Source: a virus (taxonomy: Duplodnaviria; Caudoviricetes). Taken from it: 64,000 nt of DNA. Below, piece by piece: positions 1 through 9,817 of the stretch. Made by a program: the position numbers and the translations under genes. Numbering within the stretch: position 1 is the first letter of the stretch; every line of letters begins with the position of its first letter. The notes beneath the pieces are model-generated. The model was not told where the DNA came from. It searched no databases and worked only from the letters and a program-made list of their open reading frames with translations. Location: the IMG/VR virus record IMGVR_UViG_2934563053_000002, positions 1 to 64,000 of that record. One strand, given 5' to 3'.

Positions 1-453
1 TCACCCGACACCCCGCTCGGCGGACGGCCACGGCCACGCCTCCCCGTCGAGATCCCGCAGCCGCACACGCAACATGCGCTCGGTCACATGCAACTCGTTC
101 GCGGCGACACGAATGTCGTCAGCCCACTGGGCCACCTCGCACAGATCCGATATCGCGATCAACTTGCGGGCCGCCTCGATGTCGGCCCGACGCTCCTGAC
201 GGACCGCCACGACCCCGGACGCGCACCCGTCATGGACGGCCAGCACGTGCTCGATCTCGTGCGCCAATACGCACCGCTCCTGCACCGCGGACAGCCCCGT
301 GGCGATCACAATCTTTCGCCTGGCTGCGCACCACGCCCCCCACGTATCGCGCAACCAGGTCCGGACGACGGAGATCCCCAGCAAGTCCACCGCGTCGTGC
401 GGCGAATACTGCCTACCGGCCTCGACGTAGAAGGACTGGTGTGCAACGGACAT
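1..453 (-). CDS. ImmA/IrrE-family metallopeptidase (anti-repressor protease)
   Basis: ERCVLAHEIEH (HExxH) plus ERRADIEAARKLI; downstream of the repressor. Confidence 0.88.
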   Translation of the reverse strand: MSVAHQSFYVEAGRQYSPHDAVDLLGISVVRTWLRDTWGAWCAARRKIVIATGLSAVQERCVLAHEIEHVLAVHDGCASGVVAVRQERRADIEAARKLIAISDLCEVAQWADDIRVAANELHVTERMLRVRLRDLDGEAWPWPSAERGVG

Positions 454-678
454 GGCGCCCCCCTTGCGTTACCGCTTACACGAGGAGGCGTGGACCTACA
501 GGTCTACCTGATGGGCCGTGAGCAAGGGAAGGAAAGAACGGGAAAACGTTCAACTTTCTTCTACTTCTTGCGCGTTCGGGCATTCTCCGGACACGCGCAA
601 CCTCCCCCGCTCGCCGGGCCAGGACGAGACCACTGGGGTAGGAGATGAGACCTGCGACCGGGGCGGAGGGTTGTACGG

Positions 679-1266
679 CTACTCGCCGTCCATGGCGCTG
701 GCGATCCGCCGCGCATCATCCGCGGGGACACCTTCGCCCTCGGCGTGGGGCCGGGCCGCGGCGAGCCCGTACTCCGCGGCCGGCTCGGGCACCGCGGGGA
801 TGGACCAGGCGAGTTCGTCGGCGAGCCGATCGAACTCGGCCCGGATCTGCGGATCGCCGCCGAGTGCGACCACCTTGCGGCTGAACCCGTAGATGGACGG
901 CAGCATGCCGAGGACCTCTTCGCGGCTCGCCTCCGGGCGTGCCGCGGTGATCCGGGGCTGCTCAGTCCGGCGGGCGGCCAGGTCGTCGATGAGCGGCGCG
1001 AGCACCGCTTCGGGGTCTTCGCCGGCGAGGATGCGGTCGGCCCAGCCGGCGCGCCATCCGAGCGCCGCGACGACGGGCTCGGTGGAGGGCAGCTTGTCGC
1101 GCTTCTTGGGGGCGACGCCTTTCTCCAGGCTGAGGATGCTGCGGATGGTGACCGAGCCGCCTGCTTGTTGGACGAGGGCGACGACGTCGGGGCGGGTGAG
1201 GCCCTGGCGTTCGCGGGTGTTGCGGATGGCGGTGCCGAGGACGGCGAACGCCTCGTCTCGGTCCAT
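679..1266 (-). CDS. XRE-family HTH immunity repressor
   Basis: LGTAIRNTRERQGLTRPDV...SILSLEKG HTH; divergent from Cro-like gene; start taken at ATG 1266. Confidence 0.8.
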   Translation of the reverse strand: MDRDEAFAVLGTAIRNTRERQGLTRPDVVALVQQAGGSVTIRSILSLEKGVAPKKRDKLPSTEPVVAALGWRAGWADRILAGEDPEAVLAPLIDDLAARRTEQPRITAARPEASREEVLGMLPSIYGFSRKVVALGGDPQIRAEFDRLADELAWSIPAVPEPAAEYGLAAARPHAEGEGVPADDARRIASAMDGE

Positions 1267-1291
1267 GGGGGGTCTCCGCACTCTCCTACGC

Positions 1292-1319
1292 GCAACGAAA
1301 AGCAACGACAGGCAACAAC
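1292..1319. promoter_or_regulatory. Three GCAAC boxes at 10-bp phase in the repressor/Cro intergenic region (candidate operator)
   Basis: GCAACGAAAA-GCAACGACAG-GCAACAAC at 1292/1302/1312. Confidence 0.45.
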
Positions 1320-1445
1320 CTACCAAGGCTCGCCTCAGTCGGCATCGGCGCCTTTGAGTCTCCGACCTGCGGTTTCGTGTTCTTTCACCTGCAATTGCAG
1401 CAGAGGGCTTGCGATCTTGCTTGTTCTTTCGCTAACTTTCGTGTT

Positions 1446-1694
1446 GTGCAAGCGCGGGGACACCGGATCCGGCGCCAGCGCGAGGAGAGCGGATACGGCC
1501 TCACGGCCTTCGCCACCCGGATCGGCGTCTCCCCGTCCTGGCTCTCACGGATCGAACGAGACCAAGCCAACCCAAGCCCTGACCTGCTCAGACGCATAGC
1601 GCTCACGCTCCGCAGCGAGCGAGCAGCCAGGGCCGCGATCTCAGAGATCGCCCTCACCCAAGAGAGACGTGATGAAGACACCCCAGCGGACTGA
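1446..1694 (+). CDS. Cro-like XRE HTH protein
   Basis: IRRQREESGYGLTAFATRIGVSPSWLSRIERDQANPS; GTG start inferred. Confidence 0.85.
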   Translation: MQARGHRIRRQREESGYGLTAFATRIGVSPSWLSRIERDQANPSPDLLRRIALTLRSERAARAAISEIALTQERRDEDTPAD

Positions 1695-1917
1695 GTCCCC
1701 CCACCTCACGGCGGCCGATCTGGCGGCCCGCTGGTGCACCACGGAGAACGCGATCTACATCCGCCGCCACAAGAGGCAGCTCCCGCCGACGCTCCCTGGC
1801 CGAAAGCTGCTGTGGAAGCGGGACGTGATCGAGGCGTTCGAGGCGGCCGGCATGGCGGCCGACCCGAAGAGCCCGGCGAACGACCCGGCGGCAGCGCCGG
1901 TCGAGCGCGCCGCGTAA
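1669..1917 (+). CDS. Excisionase-like (AlpA/MerR-type) HTH protein
   Basis: LTAADLAARW...AIYIRRHKRQLPP...GRKLLWKRDVIEAF. Confidence 0.7.
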   Translation: MMKTPQRTESPHLTAADLAARWCTTENAIYIRRHKRQLPPTLPGRKLLWKRDVIEAFEAAGMAADPKSPANDPAAAPVERAA

Positions 1918-2003
1918 CCCGCCTTGTGGGCGGGGCCCCGCCACGGCCAAGCAACGGGACCCCGAGGCCCACACCCATCCAACACAGAAGACAGGAGTGG
2001 ACC

Positions 2004-2309
2004 GTGTCCACATCATCGCAGAACCGACACCCCGTTCCCGACTGGGAAGAGGCCCGGCAGCAGATCGCGGACCTGGTGTACGGCACCTACGGGCAGCACG
2101 ACCACGACCGCACCTACGCCATCGCCGACGCGGTGATGCCCGCCGTCCGCACCGCCGTCGACAGCGTGCTCGCCACGGCGGTCGACCTGGCGCGGGACGA
2201 GTACCTGACGGACAACACCGGCACCGACGAGGACGAGGCGTACAACCGGGCCGTCTCCGACGTCGCCGCCTCCATCGACAAGCTCCGCAAGGGCGGTGTG
2301 CAGCGATGA
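2004..2309 (+). CDS. Hypothetical phage protein
   Basis: AGGAG RBS, GTG start, GC3-biased frame. Confidence 0.65.
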   Translation: MSTSSQNRHPVPDWEEARQQIADLVYGTYGQHDHDRTYAIADAVMPAVRTAVDSVLATAVDLARDEYLTDNTGTDEDEAYNRAVSDVAASIDKLRKGGVQR

Positions 2310-2728
2310 CTACCCGGGAGCAGATGGGCCCCGCGATGGCCCTCGTCGAACTCGTCCAGTCCCACCCCGAACTGCCCGTCCTGGAGTGGCGGATCCACCC
2401 CACCAGCGGCACTCTCACCGGCGACCTGTACGCCTCCGACCACCCGTGCATGACGCTGCACGCCTACGCCGTCGTCCTCGGCGGCCGGCCCGAGCCGGAC
2501 GAGTCCGCCACGTTCGAGTCCAGCGGGCTGGTGCGCCGCATGTACCGGCTCACCGCCACCTGGCACGACGTTCAGGTGCAGGTGTCCGCGTCGGTCACCA
2601 TCGGCTTGACCGGCCCCCGCTGGGCCGAGGGGCTCGCCGCCGAGTGGAGGCACCAGCTCTCCGACCCGGCCGAGCCGCCGCTGCCGGGCGCGCTGCGCCC
2701 CACCGTCCAGGTGGAGGTGGCGGCATGA
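2306..2728 (+). CDS. Hypothetical phage protein
   Basis: ATGA overlap with upstream gene. Confidence 0.65.
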   Translation: MTTREQMGPAMALVELVQSHPELPVLEWRIHPTSGTLTGDLYASDHPCMTLHAYAVVLGGRPEPDESATFESSGLVRRMYRLTATWHDVQVQVSASVTIGLTGPRWAEGLAAEWRHQLSDPAEPPLPGALRPTVQVEVAA

Positions 2729-3171
2729 GCACCCGCCCTTACACCCGGACCGAACTGGACGCGCTGAGCCGCGCCTACGCGGGAGTGCGGGCCCCCTCGT
2801 CTCTGCCGCTGGTGGAGCGGGTCGTCGTGGCCCTGTCGGACGCGGGCTTGTTGCAGTCGTCGGAGACGGTGACCGAGCTGCACCGTCTGCGCCAGTGGGC
2901 CCGGGGCCGCACCGTCCCGCCGGCTCCCGCCCCGACCCGGCCGGCCGTGTTGACCGAGCAGCAGCAGCGCGTGCTGGAGCTGATGGGCGAGGGCCTGACG
3001 AACGAGTCGATCGCTCAGCGGATGTACCTCACGGTCGACTCGGTGAAGACCCACCGGCGCCGCTTGTACGAGCGGCTCGGAGTGACCTCGGGAACGCAGG
3101 CCCTCGCGGCGGGCTTCTCGCTGGGCCTGATCTCCGCGCCGGAGAGCGGCGCCGAGGCGGTGGCGTCGTGA
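2725..3171 (+). CDS. LuxR C-terminal HTH regulator
   Basis: LTEQQQRVLELMGEGLTNESIAQRMYLTVDSVKTHRRRLYERLGV. Confidence 0.85.
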   Translation: MSTRPYTRTELDALSRAYAGVRAPSSLPLVERVVVALSDAGLLQSSETVTELHRLRQWARGRTVPPAPAPTRPAVLTEQQQRVLELMGEGLTNESIAQRMYLTVDSVKTHRRRLYERLGVTSGTQALAAGFSLGLISAPESGAEAVAS

Positions 3172-3920
3172 TGTTCGACGAGACGCAGTTGGCGACGATG
3201 CCGCCCGCCGACCGGGCGCAGTGCGAGATCGCCGAGACCGACGCCCGGTTCCACGACCTGTACGGCCGCGACGAGTCGCAGTGGCTGCCGTCGCAGCGCG
3301 CCGCCTACACGCGGGCCATGACCGATGTCTGCTCCACCAGCCCCGAGGAGGGGACCACCATGTCGATGCCCGTGTCCGGGCCGCACCGTGTGTACGTCCA
3401 CCGGATCCCGTCCGGGGTGTCGGTGGATGTGTCGGCCTACTTGGAGTGGGCGCTGCGGCATCTGGCCGACGAGTGCGGCGACGACCTGGCGGAACTGGTC
3501 GAGGCCGCGGCTTCGGCGGGCGTGCAGACCTCGCAGGGCAACGACGACGGGCACGCGGTCCACGAGCGTGACGCGTTGGCGCAGACGCTGGCGGACTCGG
3601 TGCCGGAGTTGGACGTGTACGGGAAGCAGTGCGCGGCGCTGGCCGAGCAGTTGGCCCCGGAGATGGCGGCGCAGGCGGCCGAGACGCGGCGGTTGCGGCG
3701 TGAGGTGGCCCGGTTGGAGGAGCTGGCGAGCCGTCAGGCTGAGCGGCTGGACGAGTTGCAGCAGGCGAACGAGGCGTCGTATCGGGCGGATCACGATCGG
3801 AGTGGTGGTCCGCGGATGGGTGACGGGTCGCATGCGGGGTTGTGGTCGCGGCCGGCTGGTCCGGGTGCGGTACGTGCGGGGTGGCCGCTGGATCTGCACA
3901 CCACTGGCGGTGCGGCATGA
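3168..3920 (+). CDS. Hypothetical protein with coiled coil
   Basis: Coupled ORF in early operon. Confidence 0.55.
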   Translation: MMFDETQLATMPPADRAQCEIAETDARFHDLYGRDESQWLPSQRAAYTRAMTDVCSTSPEEGTTMSMPVSGPHRVYVHRIPSGVSVDVSAYLEWALRHLADECGDDLAELVEAAASAGVQTSQGNDDGHAVHERDALAQTLADSVPELDVYGKQCAALAEQLAPEMAAQAAETRRLRREVARLEELASRQAERLDELQQANEASYRADHDRSGGPRMGDGSHAGLWSRPAGPGAVRAGWPLDLHTTGGAA

Positions 3921-4723
3921 ATACCGCGACGTTGTTCGACACCCAGGTACCGCAGTCGGACCTCGCCCAGTACGACGTCATCCTGGTCGCCAGCTCGGCG
4001 GGCAAGGACTCGCAGGCGATGCTCGACTACGTCGCAGAGTGCGCTCGTGCCGCCGATGTCACCAGCAGGGTCGTCGTCCTGCACAACAACCTCGGTAGGG
4101 CTGAGTGGCCCGGTACTGAGGGGCTCGCGAAGGAACAGGCGGCTCACTACGGCTTCCGCTTCGAGGAGCGGCACCGCGCTCAGCTCCTGCTGGAGGAGAT
4201 CCGCGCGCGCGGCATGTGGCCGGATGCACGGAACCGCTACTGCACTTCGGACCAGAAGCGTGGCCCGTCCCGGAAGTTGATCACTGAGTTGGTCGCTGAA
4301 CTGGGTATACCGCGCGTGGGCTCACGGCCAGCTCGGCAGGCGCGCGTCCTGTACTGCCTGGGGCTGCGTGCCGAGGAGTCGAGCGGCCGAGCGAAGAAGC
4401 CGGTGCTCAGCGTCGATGACGCTGCGTCCTCCGGCGTGAGGGAAGTCGTCACCTGGCTGCCGATTCTGCACTGGACCGAGGCCAAGGTGTGGGCCCGGAT
4501 CAAGGAGTCCGGGGTCCGCTATCACTGGGCCTACGACAAGGGCATGAAGCGACTCTCGTGCTCCTTCTGCGTGCTCGCGAGCCGCGAGGACCTGGAGTGC
4601 GCAGCCCGCCTGCGGCCCGACCTGGCGGCCGAGTACGTGGCATTGGAAGCCGAGATGGGGCACCGCTTCAAGGCGGACCTGTCCATGGCCGAGGTCGTCG
4701 CCAGTGCTGGCGGTGCGGCATGA
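3917..4723 (+). CDS. PAPS-reductase/PP-loop family protein (DndC-like; candidate DNA modification enzyme)
   Basis: SSAGKDS PP-loop, RYCTSDQK, GLRAEES, WLPILHW, RLSCSFC. Confidence 0.88.
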   Translation: MNTATLFDTQVPQSDLAQYDVILVASSAGKDSQAMLDYVAECARAADVTSRVVVLHNNLGRAEWPGTEGLAKEQAAHYGFRFEERHRAQLLLEEIRARGMWPDARNRYCTSDQKRGPSRKLITELVAELGIPRVGSRPARQARVLYCLGLRAEESSGRAKKPVLSVDDAASSGVREVVTWLPILHWTEAKVWARIKESGVRYHWAYDKGMKRLSCSFCVLASREDLECAARLRPDLAAEYVALEAEMGHRFKADLSMAEVVASAGGAA

Positions 4724-5997
4724 ACGAGCCGATGACGCCCGAACGGCGAGCCGAGATCCGCGATCGTGCTGCCTACCTGCACGGCCACGGTGCGGATGCG
4801 GACGAGCACGAGATCGAGCTATCTGCCGGTACTGATGTGCCCGCCTTGCTGGGGGAGACGAACCGCCTGTACGCCGAGAACGAGCGCCTGCAACGCGTTG
4901 CGGACCGGGAACACCGAAACTTCGTCCACACGCACGACGGGCTCAACCGGCTCTCCGAAGAGGCCCGGCAGATGACCGAGGCCAAAGGTGCCGAGGAGCA
5001 GTGGGCGCAGGTGTGCCGCGCTGTCGCGGCGACGGAGGCGGAGAAGCGGCGGCGCAAGGACGACGGGCGGAAACTCGTCGATGCTCACCGCACCATCGAG
5101 CGTTTGCGCGCCGAGCTGGCCGCCGCCCGTACCAAGTGCGCCGACGACATCGGCAGCACGGTCGCCGCGTGGATGCAGGAGCAGCAGCGGCTCATCGCCA
5201 CGCTGCACGACCGGATCGCCGAGCTGGAGGCCCGCCCGTCCCGCGCCACCGTGCTGCGGCAGGCGGCCTCGGCCCTGCGGCGAGTCGAGCGCGAAGACAC
5301 CCCGCAGGGCGCTCTCGGTACGCGAACCGGGCTCCTGCGTGCGGCCCTCATGCTCGACGAGCGCGCCGACGCCGCCGAGCGGGACGACGCCGGGAAGGAC
5401 ACCCCCACCGGGGACGAGTCCACCCGCGCCGCCGAGATCGAGCAGCTGCACGCCGAGCTGAAGCCCCGGCCGTCCATGACGGCGGAGCAGGTGGCGATCA
5501 AGGGCGCCGTGTACTGGGAGGTGCTGGCGCACCGCGACGACCCCGACCTGTCGTCCCGGATCGCCGCCGCCGTCACCAGCGCGCTCGCCGAGGTCCGGGC
5601 CGAGGGCTGCGCGGAGCGTCACGTCGTGGCCGACGCCTCCGAGACCCCGGAGTGCATCGACGACTGCCCCGGCTGCGAGCCGACGCCGCTGCGGTGGGGC
5701 CTGGACGACACCGAGTACGGCGACGACGACAGCACCACCCTGCTCCTGTCCGGCCCGCGCGGCGAGCCCTACGTGCTGGAGCTGGACCCCGACCGGGCTG
5801 CCGCACTCCGCGACAACCTCGCCGGACCCGACGCCGTGCAGCAGGGCAACGGAGCCTGCGAGCGGTGTGGGGAGCCGCCGGAGTCCTGGTGCACGCACTG
5901 CGCCGGATGCGCCTGCCCCGACGGCCGCGCCGAGACCCACGCGCCCGGCGGCTCCTGCCCGAACGCGTCCGCAGTCAAGGCGGGTGAGCGGCAGTGA
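4720..5997 (+). CDS. Mosaic hypothetical protein (coiled coil, Cys-rich C-terminus)
   Basis: Coupled ORF; CxxC clusters near the C-terminus. Confidence 0.6.
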   Translation: MNEPMTPERRAEIRDRAAYLHGHGADADEHEIELSAGTDVPALLGETNRLYAENERLQRVADREHRNFVHTHDGLNRLSEEARQMTEAKGAEEQWAQVCRAVAATEAEKRRRKDDGRKLVDAHRTIERLRAELAAARTKCADDIGSTVAAWMQEQQRLIATLHDRIAELEARPSRATVLRQAASALRRVEREDTPQGALGTRTGLLRAALMLDERADAAERDDAGKDTPTGDESTRAAEIEQLHAELKPRPSMTAEQVAIKGAVYWEVLAHRDDPDLSSRIAAAVTSALAEVRAEGCAERHVVADASETPECIDDCPGCEPTPLRWGLDDTEYGDDDSTTLLLSGPRGEPYVLELDPDRAAALRDNLAGPDAVQQGNGACERCGEPPESWCTHCAGCACPDGRAETHAPGGSCPNASAVKAGERQ

Positions 5998-6302
5998 CTC
6001 GGCCCCGCAAGCGCACCTACCCCAGCCACGCCAAGGCCGCCGCACGCCTCCGCGAACACCCCGGCATGTGGATGCAGGTCGCCGTCTACCCGGTCGCCTA
6101 CTCCGCCCGCGGCGCGGCGCACCGTATCCGCACCGCCTACCGGCTGCCCTCCTACGAGCCGGCCGGAGCGTTCGAGGCCCGCGTCGAGCAGCTCGACGAG
6201 GGGACCGCCGTCGTCGCCCGCTGGCTCGGCGCGCAGGTGGAGGCCGACCTGCGGCAGGCCGCTGCACTCGCGGCCGTCCACGCCGGAGGTGACCCCCGGT
6301 GA
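5994..6302 (+). CDS. Hypothetical phage protein
   Basis: GTGA coupling. Confidence 0.6.
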   Translation: MTRPRKRTYPSHAKAAARLREHPGMWMQVAVYPVAYSARGAAHRIRTAYRLPSYEPAGAFEARVEQLDEGTAVVARWLGAQVEADLRQAAALAAVHAGGDPR

Positions 6303-6511
6303 ACGTCCGCCGCTGCCTGCTGCTGGCCACCATCCGCGCCGACCACGGCACCTGGACCACCAGCCGCGCATGGGACCTGTACCGCACCCAGCGCCTGGCC
6401 CCGAGCCGCCGCACGGCCCGTACCGACCTTGCCTATCTCGCCCGCACCGGACGACTCACCACCGTCACCGGCAGCCCGCGGGCCTACGTACTCCCCGGAG
6501 GAACCCGATGA
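6299..6511 (+). CDS. Small winged-helix-like protein
   Basis: WTTSRAWDLY...RRTARTDLAYLARTGRL. Confidence 0.55.
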   Translation: MNVRRCLLLATIRADHGTWTTSRAWDLYRTQRLAPSRRTARTDLAYLARTGRLTTVTGSPRAYVLPGGTR

Positions 6512-6798
6512 CCGGACCCGAGCACTACCGCGAAGCCGAACAGCTCCTGTCCGACGCTTCCTACCAGCGTGACCGCAACGGACACCCGGTACGGAAGGAC
6601 GGCACCACCTTCCAGCCCGGCGAGCATGCGGCACTGATCGCCCGCGCTCAGGTGCACGCCACCCTCGCCCTCGCCGCCGCGACCGCCGCCCAGCTCGCGG
6701 ACCGCTACGTCGGCGACGGCGCCCACATCAACAACTGGCAGCCCGCCATCGGGTGGAAGCCCGAGCTGCCCAAGGAGGAGACCCCTCATGTCTTCTGA
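6508..6798 (+). CDS. Hypothetical phage protein
   Basis: MTGPEHYREAEQLL...AQVHATLALAAAT, a recurrent actinophage motif. Confidence 0.65.
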   Translation: MTGPEHYREAEQLLSDASYQRDRNGHPVRKDGTTFQPGEHAALIARAQVHATLALAAATAAQLADRYVGDGAHINNWQPAIGWKPELPKEETPHVF

Positions 6799-7789
6799 AC
6801 TCGTCAAGTCGCAGCCCGCCACCCCGGCGACGCTGCCCGAGAAGATGCAGTACGCGCAGGCCCTCGCCCAGTCCGGCATGCTGCCCAGCCAGTACCGCCA
6901 GCAGCCCGCCAACCTCCTCTACGCCCTGGAGTTCGCCGACTCCCTCGACCTCCACCCCATGGCCGCGATCACCGGCGTGCACGTCATCGAGGGCAAGCCG
7001 AGCGCCTCATCGTCGCTGATCTCCGCGCTGGTCCGGCGGGCCGGCCACAAGCTCCGCGTCCGGGGCGACGACACCAAGGCCGTCGCGCAGATCATCCGCA
7101 GCGACGACCCGGACTTCGTCTTCGAGTGCACCTGGACGATGGACCGCGCCCAGCAGGCCGGGCTCACCGGGAAGCAGACCTGGAAGAAGTACCCGGCCGC
7201 GATGCTTAAGGCCCGCGCGATCACCGAGGTTGCCCGCGAGGCGTGCGAAGAGGCCCTGTCCGGCATGCACTACACGCCGGAAGAGCTGGGCGCCCAGGTC
7301 GACGCCGAGGGCAACCCCATGGACGCCGAGGTGCAGCAGCTCCGCTCGGTGAAGCCGGGCGAGCCGGACCAGTGGCAGCAGCCCGCACCCCAGCAGGGAG
7401 AGCCCGACCGGGACTACGTTGCCGAGGCTCGGTCCGCCGGCGAAGCCGACGCCGTCCGCCGGATCTGGCAGGAGGCCAAGGCCGCCGGGCTGGACGACGT
7501 GAAGCTGGGCCACATCGCCGCGGTCGGCAAGAGCCTCGCCGCCGGGCCCCCGCCCGCCAAGCCGACCGAGCCCGAGACGGACACCGACGACGCCGTGGAC
7601 GGCGAGGTCGTCTCCGAGGAGGAGCAGGCCGCCCGCACAGCCGAACACGAGCTGCGCGACTGGGCCCAGGCCAACGGCCTCGACGACATCGCGGGCGACT
7701 TCGAGGGCGCCACCGGCATGCCGCTGGACCAGGCCCTCGCCCCCCAGATCCGCACCTTCCTCAACCAGCTCCGCGGCTCCGCGGCCTGA
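6788..7789 (+). CDS. RecT/Bet-like single-strand annealing recombinase
   Basis: LAQSGMLPSQYRQQPANLL...VIEGKP...WKKYPAAMLKARAI. Confidence 0.8.
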   Translation: MSSELVKSQPATPATLPEKMQYAQALAQSGMLPSQYRQQPANLLYALEFADSLDLHPMAAITGVHVIEGKPSASSSLISALVRRAGHKLRVRGDDTKAVAQIIRSDDPDFVFECTWTMDRAQQAGLTGKQTWKKYPAAMLKARAITEVAREACEEALSGMHYTPEELGAQVDAEGNPMDAEVQQLRSVKPGEPDQWQQPAPQQGEPDRDYVAEARSAGEADAVRRIWQEAKAAGLDDVKLGHIAAVGKSLAAGPPPAKPTEPETDTDDAVDGEVVSEEEQAARTAEHELRDWAQANGLDDIAGDFEGATGMPLDQALAPQIRTFLNQLRGSAA

Positions 7790-7800
7790 CCACCACACAG

Positions 7801-7835
7801 GTGGGGCGTCCCCGCCCGAATCGGGGGCGCCCCAC
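7801..7835 (+). other. Intergenic GC hairpin (terminator or stabiliser)
   Basis: GTGGGGCG...CGCCCCAC inverted repeat. Confidence 0.4.
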
Positions 7836-7848
7836 CCCAGGAGACCAC

Positions 7849-8370
7849 ATGGACATGAAGCAGTTGGCACTCGCCGAGGCTGCACTCAAGACTCTCGGCG
7901 ACGCCGTCAAGGACCAGCTCGCCGAGGTGCGCGAGCAGATGCAGACCCACCTCGACGACACCGGCGCCTCCCGCGTGGACGCCACCCTGCCCGACGGTAC
8001 GAAGGTCGCCACCGTCTCCCGCAGCGAGTCCAAGCCGAAGGCGGTCGTCATCGACGAGGCGACGCTGCTGGCCTGGGTGCGCGAGCACGCCCCCGACGAG
8101 ATCACCAGCCGCGTCGTCACGGAGATTCGCCCCGCCTACATGACGGCGCTCCTGGCCAGGCTCACCGCGGCCGGCGCCGCCGAGGTTCCGGACGAGGAGA
8201 CGGGCGAGATCCGGGAGGTGCCCGGGGTGGAGATGCGCACTTCGCGGGTCACCACGCACACGGTGCGCGCTGCGAAGGGCGGGGCCGAGGCCATCGTCGC
8301 CGCGTGGCGGTCCGGGCAGCTCGCCCACCTCGACCTGCCGCAGCTCACCGCCGGAGGTGAGGCAGCATGA
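7849..8370 (+). CDS. Conserved phage protein next to the recombinase (possibly Gam/Gp157-like)
   Basis: AGGAG RBS; DEETGEIREVPGV motif. Confidence 0.6.
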   Translation: MDMKQLALAEAALKTLGDAVKDQLAEVREQMQTHLDDTGASRVDATLPDGTKVATVSRSESKPKAVVIDEATLLAWVREHAPDEITSRVVTEIRPAYMTALLARLTAAGAAEVPDEETGEIREVPGVEMRTSRVTTHTVRAAKGGAEAIVAAWRSGQLAHLDLPQLTAGGEAA

Positions 8371-8957
8371 CCGCCCTCGCCTTCACCGACGCCGAGACAA
8401 CGCACCTGGACCCGTGGTTCGGCGATGCGTGGGAGATCGCCGTCATCCGCCGCGACACCGACGGCACCGAGGCCGAGTACCTGTGGCAGGTGCGGGTGCC
8501 GCTCTACCACGCCGACCCCGAGTCGCTGTCCATCGGCCGCTACCAGGAGCGGTTCGCTGTCTCCGCCGGCTGGGATGCCGCGGAGATGAACGAGGACGGC
8601 ACCGTCCGCGCGCGGCTGACCATGCCGGAGCTGCTGTTCGACGTGCAGGAAGCCCTCTGGGACGCGGTCCTGGTCGGCTCGAACCCGGGCTTCGACGTCC
8701 GGTTTCTGACGAAGTTGCTCCAGGAGCACAACCGCAAGCTGCCGTGGCACTACCGGCCGGTCGACATCGCGCCCCTCGCCGCGGGCTACCTGGTGGGCTG
8801 CGGGCGCGGCGCCGAGGTGACGCTCCCGTACTCCTCCCGCGGTCTCTCCCGCGCGGTGGGCGTGGAGCCCCCGCAGCAGGGTGTGGCGCACACGGCGCTG
8901 GGCGACGCGCGCTGGGCCCGGGACGTGTACGACGCGGCCACCGGGAGCGGGTCGTGA
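8367..8957 (+). CDS. DEDDh 3'-5' exonuclease
   Basis: FTDAETT, VGSNPGFD, HTALGDA. Confidence 0.85.
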   Translation: MTALAFTDAETTHLDPWFGDAWEIAVIRRDTDGTEAEYLWQVRVPLYHADPESLSIGRYQERFAVSAGWDAAEMNEDGTVRARLTMPELLFDVQEALWDAVLVGSNPGFDVRFLTKLLQEHNRKLPWHYRPVDIAPLAAGYLVGCGRGAEVTLPYSSRGLSRAVGVEPPQQGVAHTALGDARWARDVYDAATGSGS

Positions 8958-9235
8958 CCGCGGTGGGCGGTGTGGCCACCGCCGCTGCTCTGGCCACCGT
9001 CTACATCGCGCTGATATGGGCCCTCCGCCGCTACGCCTTCCCGCCCGCCCCCGCCGCGGCGCCCGTCGCTGTGTCGATGCCGACCGTCGAGGACGTGCCC
9101 GACGGCTGGCTCGTCGTCGAGACCCAGTTGTGCACGGGACGGTGCCGCACGCACATGCCGCACGAGATCACCGGCGAGGTGGCCCGCTGCGTCGGCTGCA
9201 ACGCCACCCACACCCCGGAGGCCGACCGTGGTTGA
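8954..9235 (+). CDS. Membrane-anchored Zn-ribbon hypothetical protein
   Basis: N-terminal hydrophobic helix, CxxxC...CxxC. Confidence 0.55.
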   Translation: MTAVGGVATAAALATVYIALIWALRRYAFPPAPAAAPVAVSMPTVEDVPDGWLVVETQLCTGRCRTHMPHEITGEVARCVGCNATHTPEADRG

Positions 9236-9425
9236 CGTTCCCCTGCCGGTCCCGCCGACTGCTCCGACCCAGCCGCACCTCCTGGCCGCGGCCCGCCGGT
9301 CGGTCGACGCGATCGCCGCACGCGGCGGCTGGAGCACGGACGACAAGGACACCGTGCTCGCCGCCCTCGGCCTCACCTCTTCCGCCTCGGCGCCCGACGC
9401 CGACGACACCAAGGATCACTCATGA
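9228..9425 (+). CDS. Hypothetical protein
   Basis: Coupled ORF. Confidence 0.5.
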   Translation: MVDVPLPVPPTAPTQPHLLAAARRSVDAIAARGGWSTDDKDTVLAALGLTSSASAPDADDTKDHS

Positions 9426-9817
9426 GCTACCCCGAACTCCTCACGCCAGAGGAGAAGCTGGCCGACGCCAAGGAACGGCTCGGCGTCCCGACGATCGTGT
9501 GCATCTGCGGCTCCACGCGGTTCATGCCGGAGATGGCCGACGCCGACCTGGCCGAGACCGCTGCGGGCCGGATCGTCGTCAAGCCGGGCTGCAACATGAA
9601 GCAGCCGCACCCGCTGTGGGCCGATCGTGTCGAGGCGGAGCGGCTGAAGACGACGCTCGACGAGTTGCACCGGGCGAAGATCCGCCTGGCGGACGAGGTG
9701 CTCGTCGTCGGCGACTACATCGGCGCCTCGACCACCGCCGAGATCGACTACGCCCGGGAGCTGGGCAAGCCGGTGCGGTTCACCCACCCGGACGTCGACC
9801 CGGGCGAGGTGGCGTGA
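9422..9817 (+). CDS. Nucleoside 2-deoxyribosyltransferase-like fold protein
   Basis: ICGSTRF...KIRLADEVLVV..YIGAST.AEIDYARELGKPV. Confidence 0.6.
   Translation: MSYPELLTPEEKLADAKERLGVPTIVCICGSTRFMPEMADADLAETAAGRIVVKPGCNMKQPHPLWADRVEAERLKTTLDELHRAKIRLADEVLVVGDYIGASTTAEIDYARELGKPVRFTHPDVDPGEVA

Noticed and set aside
3917-4723. cysH sulfate assimilation gene or a full Dnd phosphorothioation system
   Set aside because: No cys or dndA/B/D/E partner genes in the window; phage early-operon context
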